NCBI RefSeq assembly: GCF_009914755.1
Contig: NC_060943.1
Strand: one strand, 5' to 3'
From: the human T2T-CHM13v2.0 reference genome, Homo sapiens
DNA length: 64,000 nt
The position numbers were made by a program, and so were the translations under genes. A model generated the notes under the pieces. It was not told the origin of the DNA. It searched no databases and worked only from the letters and a program-made list of their open reading frames with translations. Shown here one piece after another: positions 50,601 to 62,343 of the stretch. Position 1 is the stretch's first letter, and each line of letters starts with the position of its first letter.

Positions 50601-53600
50601 CTTCACAGAAAACTAGACAGAGGCATGCTCAGGAACTTCATTGAGATGTGTGCATTCAAGTAACTGAGTTGAATCTGCCTTTTGATAGAGCAGAATTGAA
50701 ACAATCCTTTTGTAGAATCTACTTGTGGATATTTGGAACTCTTTCAGGAATTCGTTGGTAGTTGGTATCTTCCCAAAAAAAGGAGACCCAAGCATTCTCA
50801 AAAAGTTCTTTGAGATGTGTGCCTTCAACTCACAGACTTCAAACATTCTTTTGAGAGATCAGTGTTGGAACACGCTTTTTGTAGAATCTGCAAGGGTTCA
50901 TTTAGTGCGCTTTGTTGCCTATAGTGGAAAAAGAAATATCTTCAAATGAAAACTAGACAGAAACATTCTCAGAAACTCCTTTGTGAAGTGTGTGTCAAAT
51001 TCACAGAATTGAAATTTTCTTATGATAGAGCAGTTTTGAAACACCGCATTTATAGGATCTGCTTGTGGATATTTGGAGCTCTTTGAGTATTTCGTTGTAA
51101 ACGGGATATCTTCACATACAAACTAGACAGAAGCATTCACAGAAACTGCTTAGTGATGTGTGCATTCAACTCACAGACTTGAACCTTTCTCTTGAAAGAG
51201 CAGTGTTGAAACAAACATTTTGTAGGATGTGCAAGTGTTCACTTGGAGCGTTTTTTTGCCTATGGTGGAAAAAGAAATATCTTCACATAAATACTAGACA
51301 GAAGCATTCTCAGAAACTCCTTTTTGATGTGTTTGTTCTATTCAGAGAGTTGAACCTTTCTTTTGATAGAGCAGTTTTGATACACTGCTTCTGTAGAATC
51401 TGCTTGTGGATATTTGGAGCTCTTTGAGGAATTCGTTGTAAACGGGATATCTTCGCATACAAACTAGACAGCAGCATTCTCAGAAACTGCTTAGTGATGT
51501 GTGCATTCAACTCACAGACTTGAACCTTTCTCTTGAAAGAGCAGTGTTGAAACACACATTTTGTAGGATGTGCAAGTGTTCACTTGGAGCGTTTTTTTGC
51601 CTATGGTGGATAAAGAAATATCTTCACATACAAACTAGACAGAAGCAATCTCATTTACTGCTTTGTGATGTGTGCATTCAGCTCACAGAGTTGAACCTTC
51701 CTTTTGAGAGAGCAGTTTTGAAACAGTTTTTTGTAGTATCCTCAAGTGGATATATGGAGCGATGTGAGGCTTAACATGGAAACGGGAATATCTTCACATA
51801 GAAACTAGATAGAAGCATTCTCAGAAACTCCTTTGTGATGGGTGCATTCAACACAGAGACTTGAACATTTCTTTAGACGGAGCAGTGTTGAAACACACAT
51901 TTGTAGAATCTGCAAGTGTTCATTTGGAGCGCTTTGATGCCTATGGTGGAAAAAGAAATATCTTCACATAAAGACTAGAAAGAAGTGTTCTCCGAAACTC
52001 CTTTGTGATATGTGTGTTCAATGCACAGAGATGAACCTTTCTTTTGATTGAGCAGTTTTGAAACACTGCTTTTCTAGAATCTGCTTGTGGATATTTGGAG
52101 CTCTTTGAGGAATTCGCTGTCAATGGGATATCTTCACATACAAACTAGCCAGAAGCATTCTCAGAAACTGCTTTGTGATGTGTGCATTCAACACACGGAG
52201 TTGAACCTTCCTTGTGAGAGAAGAGTTTTCAAACAGTCTTTTTGTAGTACCTGCAAGTCGATATTTGGAACGATTTGAGGCCTATGAGGGAAAAGGAACT
52301 ATTTTCACATACAAACTAGACAGAAGCATGCTCAGAAACTGCTTTGTGATGTGCGCATTCAACTCACAGAGTTTAACCTTCCTTTTGAGAGAGAGGTTTT
52401 GAAACAGTCTTTTTGTAGCATATACAAGTGGATATTTTTAGTGATTTGAGGTCTAATATGGAAAAGGAAATACCTTCACCTACAAACTAGACAGAAGCAT
52501 TCTCAGAAACTGCTTAGTGATGTGTGCATTCAACTCACAGACTTGAACCTTTCTCTTGAAAGAGCAGTGTTGAAACACACATTTTGTAGGATGTGCAAGT
52601 GTTCACTTGGAGCGTTTTTTTGCCTATGGTGGATAAAGAAATATCTTCACATACAAACTAGACAGAAGCAATCTCATTTACTGCTTTGTGATGTGTGCAT
52701 TCAGCTCACAGAGTTGAACCTTCCTTTTGAGAGAGCAGTTTTGAAACAGTTTTTTGTAGTATCCTCAAGTGGATATATGGAGCGATGTGAGGCTTAACAT
52801 GGAAACGGGAATATCTTCACATAGAAACTAGATAGAAGCATTCTCAGAAACTCCTTTGTGATGGGTGCATTCAACACAGAGACTTGAACATTTCTTTAGA
52901 CGGAGCAGTGTTGAAACACACATTTGTAGAATCTGCAAGTGTTCATTTGGAGCGCTTTGATGCCTATGGTGGAAAAAGAAATATCTTCACATAAAGACTA
53001 GAAAGAAGTGTTCTCCGAAACTCCTTTGTGATATGTGTGTTCAATGCACAGAGATGAACCTTTCTTTTGATTGAGCAGTTTTGAAACACTGCTTTTCTAG
53101 AATCTGCTTGTGGATATTTGGAGCTCTTTGAGGAATTCGCTGTCAATGGGATATCTTCACATACAAACTAGCCAGAAGCATTCTCAGAAACTGCTTTGTG
53201 ATGTGTGCATTCAACACACGGAGTTGAACCTTCCTTGTGAGAGAAGAGTTTTCAAACAGTCTTTTTGTAGTACCTGCAAGTCGATATTTGGAACGATTTG
53301 AGGCCTATGAGGGAAAAGGAACTATTTTCACATACAAACTAGACAGAAGCATGCTCAGAAACTGCTTTGTGATGTGCGCATTCAACTCACAGAGTTGAAC
53401 CTTCCTTTTGAGAGAGAGGTTTTGAAACAGTCTTTTTGTAGCATATACAAGTGGATATTTTTAGTGATTTGAGGTCTAATATGGAAAAGGAAATACCTTC
53501 ACCTACAAACTAGACAGAAGCATTCTCAGAAACTGCTTTGTGATGTGTGCATTAAATGTACAGACTTGAAACCTTATTTTGATAGAGCAGTGTTGAAACA

Positions 53601-55529
53601 CACTTTTTATAGAATCTGCAAGTGTTCATTTTGAGAGCTTTGTTGCCTGTGGTGGAAAAAGAAATGTGTTCACATACAAACTAGAAAGAAGCCTTCTCAG
53701 AAACTCCTTTGAGATGTTTGTGTCCAATTCACAAAGTTGAACCTTTCTATTGATACAGCAGATTTGAAACTCTGCTTTTGTAGAATCTGCTTGTGAATAT
53801 TTGGAGGTATTTGAGGAATTGGACGTATACGGGATATCTTCACATACAAATTACACAGAAGCATTGTCAGAAACTGCTTTGTGCTGTGTGCATTCAACTC
53901 ACAGAGTTGAAACTTTCTTTTGAGAAAGCAGTTCCGAAACAGTCTTTTTGTAGTATCTGCAAGTGGATATTTGGAGCGATTTGAGGCCTATGATGGAAAA
54001 GGAAATATGTTCACATACAAACTAGACAGAAGCGTTCTCAGAAACTGCTTTGTGATGTGTGCATTCACCTCACAGAGTGGAACCGTTCTTTGGATAGAGC
54101 AGTTTTGAAACAGTCTTTCTCTAGTATCTGCAAGTGTTCATTTTGAGCGCTTTTAGGCCCATGATGGAATAGGAAATATTTTCACATAAAAAGTAGACAG
54201 AAGCTTTCTCAGGAACTTCATTGAGATGTGTGCATTAAAGTAACTGAGTTGAATACGTCTTTTGATAGAGCAGTATTGAAACACTTATTTGTAGAATCTG
54301 CCTGTGGATATCTGGAACTCTTTGAAGAATTCTTTGGAAACGGCTATCTTCACATAAAAAGTAGACCCAAGCATTCTCAGAAAGTTCTTTGTGATATGTA
54401 CATTGGACTCCCAGACTTGAACATTTCTTTTGATAGAGCAGTGTTGGAACACACTTTTTGTAGAATCTTCATGTGTTCGTTTGGAGTGCTTTGTTGCCTA
54501 TGGTGGAAAAAGGAATATCTTCACCTAAAAACCAGACAGAAGCATTCTCCGAGACTGCTTTGTGATGTGTGTGTTCAATTCGCAGAGTTAAAAGTTCCTT
54601 TTGATAGAGCAGTTTTGAAACACTGCTTTTGTAGAATCTGCTTGTTGCTATTGGGGGCTCTTTGAGGAATTTGTTGTAAACGGGATATCTTCACATACAA
54701 AGTAGACAGAAGCATTCTCAGAAACTGCTTTGTGATGTGTGCATTCCAATCACAGACTTCAACCTTTCTTTTGAAAGAGCAGTGTTGAAACACACATTTT
54801 GTAGCATGTGCAAGTGTTCACTTGGAGCTCTTTTTTGCCTATGGTGGAAAAAGAAATATCTTCACATAAATACTAGACAGAAGCATTCTCAGAAACTCCT
54901 TTGTGATGTGTTTGTTCTATTCAGAGTGTTGAACCTTTATTTTGATAGAGCAGAATTGAAACACTCCTTTTGTAGAATCTGCTTGTGGATATTTGGAGCT
55001 CTTTGAGGAATTCGTTGTAAACGGGATATCTTCACATACAAACTAGACAGCAGCATTCTCAGAAACTGCCTTGTGGTGTGTGCATTCAACTCACATAGGT
55101 GAACCTTCCTTCTGAGAGAGCAGTTTTTAAACAGTCTCTTTGAAATAACTGCAAGTGGATATTTGGAGCGATGGGAAGTCTAAGATTGAAAAGGAAATAT
55201 CCTCACATACAAACTAGACAGAAGCAATCTCATTAACTGCTTTGTGATGTGTGCATTCAGCTCACAGAGTTGAACCTTCCTTTTGAGAGAGCAGTTTTGA
55301 AACAGTTTTTTGTAGTATCCTCAAGTGGATATATGGAGCGATGTGAGGCTTAAGATGGAAACGGGAATATCTTCACATACAAACTAGATAGAAGCATTCT
55401 CAGAAACTGCTTTGTGATGGGTGCATTCAACTCAGAGACTTGAACATTTCTTTAGACGGAGCAGTTTGAAACACACATTTGTAGAATCTGCAAGAGTTCA
55501 TTTGGAGCGCTTTGATGCCTATGGTGGAA
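47693..55529 (+). repeat. HOR copy 8, 46-mer structural variant (7837 bp)
   Basis: The ORF offset from 47828 to 55665 is 7837, which is 6814 + 1023. The ORFs at 51499/51941/52087 recur at 52522/52964/53110. Confidence 0.95.
51473..53518 (+). repeat. Tandem duplication of six monomers (m23-m28): 51473-52495 and 52496-53518
   Basis: The offset between the two units is exactly 1023 bp. The junction reads ...ttcacctacaaactagacagAagcattctcagaaactgcttAgtg..., joining the m28/m29 boundary to m23 sequence. Confidence 0.93.
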
Positions 55530-58500
55530 AAAGAAATATCTTCACATAAGCACTACAAAGAAGCGTTCTCCGAAACTCCTTTGTGATATGTGTGTTCAAT
55601 TCACAGAGTTGAACCTTTCTTTTCATTGAGCAGTTTTGAAAAACTGCTTTTCTAGAATCTGCTTGTGGATATTTGGAGCTCTTTGAGGAATTCATTGTCA
55701 ATGGGATATCTTCATATACAAACTAGCCAGAAGCATTCTCAGAAACTGCTTTGTGATGTGTGCATTCAACACACGGAGTTGAACCTTCCTTCTGAGAGAA
55801 CAGTTTTCAAACAGTCTTTTTGTAGTATCTGCAAGTCGCTATTTGGAACGCTATGAGGCCTATGAGGGAAAAGGAACTATCTTCACATACAAACTAGACA
55901 GAAGCATGCTCAGAAACTGCTTTGTGATGTGTGTGTTCAATTCACAGGGTTGACTCTTTCTTTTGATTGAGCAGTTTTGAACAACCTGTTTTGTAGAATC
56001 TGCTTGTGGATATTTGTAGCTCTTGGAAGAATTCATTGTAAAAGGGATATCTTCACATACACACAAGTCAGAAGCATTCTCAGAAACTTCTTTGTGATTG
56101 TGAATTGAACTCACAGAGTTGATCCTTCCTTCTGAGAGAGCCGTTTTGAAACAATCTTTTTGAAGTATCTTCAATTGGATACTTGTAGTGATTTGAGGCC
56201 TAAGATGGAAAAGGAAATATCTTCACATACAATCTAGACAGAAGCACTCTCAGAAGCTGCTTGGTGATGTCTGCATTCAACTCACAGACTTTAACCCTTG
56301 TTTTGAAAGAGCAGTGTTGAAACACACATTTTGTAGGATCTGCAAGTGTTCATTTGGAGAGCTTTTGTGCCTATGGTGGAAAAAGCAATATCTTCACATA
56401 AATACTAGACAGAAGCATTCTCAGAAACTGCTTTGTGATGTGTGCATTCAACTCACAGAGTTGAACCTTCCTTTTGAGAGAGAGATTTTGAAACAGTCTT
56501 TTTGTAGTATCTGCAAGTGGATATTTTTAGTGATTTGAGGTGTAAGATGGAAAAGGAAATACCTTCACCTACAAACTAGACAGAAGCATTCTCAGAAACT
56601 GCTTGGTGATGTGTGCATTCAACTCACAGAGTTGAAACTTTCTTTTGAGAATGCAGTTTTGAAACAGTCTTCTTGTAGTATCTGCAAGTGGATATTTGGA
56701 GCGATTTGAGGCCTATGATGGAAAAGGAAATATGTTCACATACAAACTAGACACAAGCGTTCTCAGAAACTGCTTTGTGATGTGTGCATTCACCTCACAG
56801 AGTGGAACCGTTCTTTGGATAGAGCAGTTTTGAAACAGTCTTTCTCTAGTATCTGCAAGTGTTCATTTTGAGCGCTTTGAGGCCCATGATGGAAAAGTTA
56901 ATATTTTCACATAAACCTAGACAGAAGCTTTCTCAGGAATTTCATTGAGATGTGTGCATTAAGGTAACTGATTTGAATACGTCTTTTGATAGAGCAGTAT
57001 TGAAACACTTCTTTTGTATAATCTGCCTGTGGATATCTGGAACTCTTTGAAGAATTCTTTGGAAACGGCTATCTTCACATAAAAACTAGACCCAAGCATT
57101 CTCAGAAAGTTCTTTGTGATATGTACATTGGACTCCCAGACTTGAACCTTTCTTTTGATAGAGCAGTGCTGGAACACACTTTTTGTAGAATCTTCATGTG
57201 TTCGTCTGGAGTGCTTTGTTGCCTATGGTAGAAAAAGGAATATCTTCACCTAAAAACAAGACAGAAGCATTCTCAGAGACTGCTTTGTGATGTGTGTGTT
57301 CAATTCGCTGAGTTGAATGTTCCTTTTGATAGAGCAGTTTTGAAACACTGCTTTTGTAGAATCTGCTTGTTGATATTGGGGGCTCTATGAGGAATTTGTT
57401 GTAAACGGGATATCTTCACATACAAAGTAGACAGAAGCATTCTCAGAAACTGCTCTGTGATGTGTGCATTCAACTCACAGAGTTGAACCTTCCTTTTGCG
57501 AGAGCTGTTTTGAAGCAGTCTTTTTGTGGTATCTGCAATTGGATATTTGGATCGATTTGAGGCCTAAGATGGAAAAGGAAATATCTCCACATACAAACTA
57601 GACAGAAGCATTCTCAGACACTGCGTTGTGATGTGTGCATTCAACTCACAGAGTTGAACCTTCCTTTTGAGAGCAGTTTTGAAACAGTCTTTTTGAAGTA
57701 TCTGCAAGTGGATGTTTGGAGAGATTTGAGGCCTAAGATGGAAAAGGATATATCTTCACCTAAAAACTAGGCAGAAGCATTCTCAGAAACTGCTTTGTGA
57801 TGTGGGGATTCAACTCACAGGCTTGAAACTTTCTTTTGATACAGCAGGGTTCAAACACACTTTTTGTAGAATCTGCAAGTGTTCATTTGGAGTGCTTTCT
57901 TGCCCATGGTGGAAAAAGAAATATCTTCACCTGAAAACTAGACAGAAACTTTCTCAGAAAATACTTTGTGATGTAGTTGTTCAATTCACAGGGTTGAACC
58001 TTTCTTTAGATAAAGCAGTTTTGAAACACTGCTTTTGTAGAATCTTCTTGTGGATATTTGGAGCTGTTTGAGGAATTCGTTTTAAACGGGATATCTTCAC
58101 ATTCAAACTAGTCAGAAGCATCCTCAGAAACTGGTTTGTGATGTGTGCATTCTACTCACAGAGTTGAACCTTCCTTTTGAGAGAACAGTTTTGAAACAAT
58201 CTTTTTGTACTATCTGCAAGTGGATATTTGGAACAATGGGAGGACTAAGATGGAAAAGGAAATATCTTCACAGCCAAACTTGACAGAAGCTTTCTCAGAA
58301 TCTGCTTTGTGATGTGTGCATTCACCTCACAGAGTGGAACCGTCCTTTTGATAGAGCAGTTCTGAAACAGTCTTTTTGTAGGATCTGCGAGTGTTCATTT
58401 TGGAGAGCTTTTAAGCCTTTGGCGGAAAAGGAAATATCTTCACAGAAAACTAGACAGAGGCATGCTCAGGAACTTCATTGAGATGTGTGCATTCAAGTAA

Positions 58501-61500
58501 CTGAGTTGAATCTGCCTTTTGATAGAGCAGAATTGAAACAATCCTTTTGTAGAATCTACTTGTGGATATTTGGAACTCTTTCAGGAATTCGTTGGTAGTT
58601 GGTATCTTCCCAAAAAAAGGAGACCCAAGCATTCTCAAAAAGTTCTTTGAGATGTGTGCCTTCAACTCACAGACTTCAAACATTCTTTTGAGAGATCAGT
58701 GTTGGAACACGCTTTTTGTAGAATCTGCAAGGGTTCATTTAGTGCGCTTTGTTGCCTATAGTGGAAAAAGAAATATCTTCAAATGAAAACTAGACAGAAA
58801 CATTCTCAGAAACTCCTTTGTGAAGTGTGTGTCAAATTCACAGAATTGAAATTTTCTTATGATAGAGCAGTTTTGAAACACCGCATTTATAGGATCTGCT
58901 TGTGGATATTTGGAGCTCTTTGAGTATTTCGTTGTAAACGGGATATCTTCACATACAAACTAGACAGAAGCATTCACAGAAACTGCTTAGTGATGTGTGC
59001 ATTCAACTCACAGACTTGAACCTTTCTCTTGAAAGAGCAGTGTTGAAACAAACATTTTGTAGGATGTGCAAGTGTTCACTTGGAGCGTTTTTTTGCCTAT
59101 GGTGGAAAAAGAAATATCTTCACATAAATACTAGACAGAAGCATTCTCAGAAACTCCTTTTTGATGTGTTTGTTCTATTCAGAGAGTTGAACCTTTCTTT
59201 TGATAGAGCAGTTTTGATACACTGCTTCTGTAGAATCTGCTTGTGGATATTTGGAGCTCTTTGAGGAATTCGTTGTAAACGGGATATCTTCGCATACAAA
59301 CTAGACAGCAGCATTCTCAGAAACTGCTTAGTGATGTGTGCATTCAACTCACAGACTTGAACCTTTCTCTTGAAAGAGCAGTGTTGAAACACACATTTTG
59401 TAGGATGTGCAAGTGTTCACTTGGAGCGTTTTTTTGCCTATGGTGGATAAAGAAATATCTTCACATACAAACTAGACAGAAGCAATCTCATTTACTGCTT
59501 TGTGATGTGTGCATTCAGCTCACAGAGTTGAACCTTCCTTTTGAGAGAGCAGTTTTGAAACAGTTTTTTGTAGTATCCTCAAGTGGATATATGGAGCGAT
59601 GTGAGGCTTAACATGGAAACGGGAATATCTTCACATAGAAACTAGATAGAAGCATTCTCAGAAACTCCTTTGTGATGGGTGCATTCAACACAGAGACTTG
59701 AACATTTCTTTAGACGGAGCAGTGTTGAAACACACATTTGTAGAATCTGCAAGTGTTCATTTGGAGCGCTTTGATGCCTATGGTGGAAAAAGAAGTATCT
59801 TCACATAAAGACTAGAAAGAAGTGTTCTCCGAAACTCCTTTGTGATATGTGTGTTCAATGCACAGAGATGAACCTTTCTTTTGATTGAGCAGTTTTGAAA
59901 CACTGCTTTTCTAGAATCTGCTTGTGGATATTTGGAGCTCTTTGAGGAATTCGCTGTCAATGGGATATCTTCACATACAAACTAGCCAGAAGCATTCTCA
60001 GAAACTGCTTTGTGATGTGTGCATTCAACACACGGAGTTGAACCTTCCTTGTGAGAGAAGAGTTTTCAAACAGTCTTTTTGTAGTACCTGCAAGTCGATA
60101 TTTGGAACGATTTGAGGCCTATGAGGGAAAAGGAACTATTTTCACATACAAACTAGACAGAAGCATGCTCAGAAACTGCTTTGTGATGTGCGCATTCAAC
60201 TCACAGAGTTGAACCTTCCTTTTGAGAGAGAGGTTTTGAAACAGTCTTTTTGTAGCATATACAAGTGGATATTTTTAGTGATTTGAGGTCTAATATGGAA
60301 AAGGAAATACCTTCACCTACAAACTAGACAGAAGCATTCTCAGAAACTGCTTTGTGATGTGTGCATTAAATGTACAGACTTGAAACCTTATTTTGATAGA
60401 GCAGTGTTGAAACACACTTTTTATAGAATCTGCAAGTGTTCATTTTGAGAGCTTTGTTGCCTGTGGTGGAAAAAGAAATGTGTTCACATACAAACTAGAA
60501 AGAAGCCTTCTCAGAAACTCCTTTGAGATGTTTGTGTCCAATTCACAAAGTTGAACCTTTCTATTGATACAGCAGATTTGAAACTCTGCTTTTGTAGAAT
60601 CTGCTTGTGAATATTTGGAGGTATTTGAGGAATTGGACGTATACGGGATATCTTCACATACAAATTACACAGAAGCATTGTCAGAAACTGCTTTGTGCTG
60701 TGTGCATTCAACTCACAGAGTTGAAACTTTCTTTTGAGAAAGCAGTTCCGAAACAGTCTTTTTGTAGTATCTGCAAGTGGATATTTGGAGCGATTTGAGG
60801 CCTATGATGGAAAAGGAAATATGTTCACATACAAACTAGACAGAAGCGTTCTCAGAAACTGCTTTGTGATGTGTGCATTCACCTCACAGAGTGGAACCGT
60901 TCTTTGGATAGAGCAGTTTTGAAACAGTCTTTCTCTAGTATCTGCAAGTGTTCATTTTGAGCGCTTTTAGGCCCATGATGGAATAGGAAATATTTTCACA
61001 TAAAAAGTAGACAGAAGCTTTCTCAGGAACTTCATTGAGATGTGTGCATTAAAGTAACTGAGTTGAATACGTCTTTTGATAGAGCAGTATTGAAACACTT
61101 ATTTGTAGAATCTGCCTGTGGATATCTGGAACTCTTTGAAGAATTCTTTGGAAACGGCTATCTTCACATAAAAAGTAGACCCAAGCATTCTCAGAAAGTT
61201 CTTTGTGATATGTACATTGGACTCCCAGACTTGAACATTTCTTTTGATAGAGCAGTGTTGGAACACACTTTTTGTAGAATCTTCATGTGTTCGTTTGGAG
61301 TGCTTTGTTGCCTATGGTGGAAAAAGGAATATCTTCACCTAAAAACCAGACAGAAGCATTCTCCGAGACTGCTTTGTGATGTGTGTGTTCAATTCGCAGA
61401 GTTAAAAGTTCCTTTTGATAGAGCAGTTTTGAAACACTGCTTTTGTAGAATCTGCTTGTTGCTATTGGGGGCTCTTTGAGGAATTTGTTGTAAACGGGAT

Positions 61501-62343
61501 ATCTTCACATACAAAGTAGACAGAAGCATTCTCAGAAACTGCTTTGTGATGTGTGCATTCCAATCACAGACTTCAACCTTTCTTTTGAAAGAGCAGTGTT
61601 GAAACACACATTTTGTAGCATGTGCAAGTGTTCACTTGGAGCTCTTTTTTGCCTATGGTGGAAAAAGAAATATCTTCACATAAATACTAGACAGAAGCAT
61701 TCTCAGAAACTCCTTTGTGATGTGTTTGTTCTATTCAGAGTGTTGAACCTTTATTTTGATAGAGCAGAATTGAAACACTCCTTTTGTAGAATCTGCTTGT
61801 GGATATTTGGAGCTCTTTGAGGAATTCGTTGTAAACGGGATATCTTCACATACAAACTAGACAGCAGCATTCTCAGAAACTGCCTTGTGGTGTGTGCATT
61901 CAACTCACATAGGTGAACCTTCCTTCTGAGAGAGCAGTTTTTAAACAGTCTCTTTGAAATAACTGCAAGTGGATATTTGGAGCGATGGGAAGTCTAAGAT
62001 TGAAAAGGAAATATCCTCACATACAAACTAGACAGAAGCAATCTCATTAACTGCTTTGTGATGTGTGCATTCAGCTCACAGAGTTGAACCTTCCTTTTGA
62101 GAGAGCAGTTTTGAAACAGTTTTTTGTAGTATCCTCAAGTGGATATATGGAGCGATGTGAGGCTTAAGATGGAAACGGGAATATCTTCACATACAAACTA
62201 GATAGAAGCATTCTCAGAAACTGCTTTGTGATGGGTGCATTCAACTCAGAGACTTGAACATTTCTTTAGACGGAGCAGTTTGAAACACACATTTGTAGAA
62301 TCTGCAAGAGTTCATTTGGAGCGCTTTGATGCCTATGGTGGAA
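55530..62343 (+). repeat. HOR copy 9 (40-mer, 6814 bp)
   Basis: The ORF offset from 55665 to 62479 is 6814. The G variant at 59795 is shared with copies 1 and 2. Confidence 0.95.
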
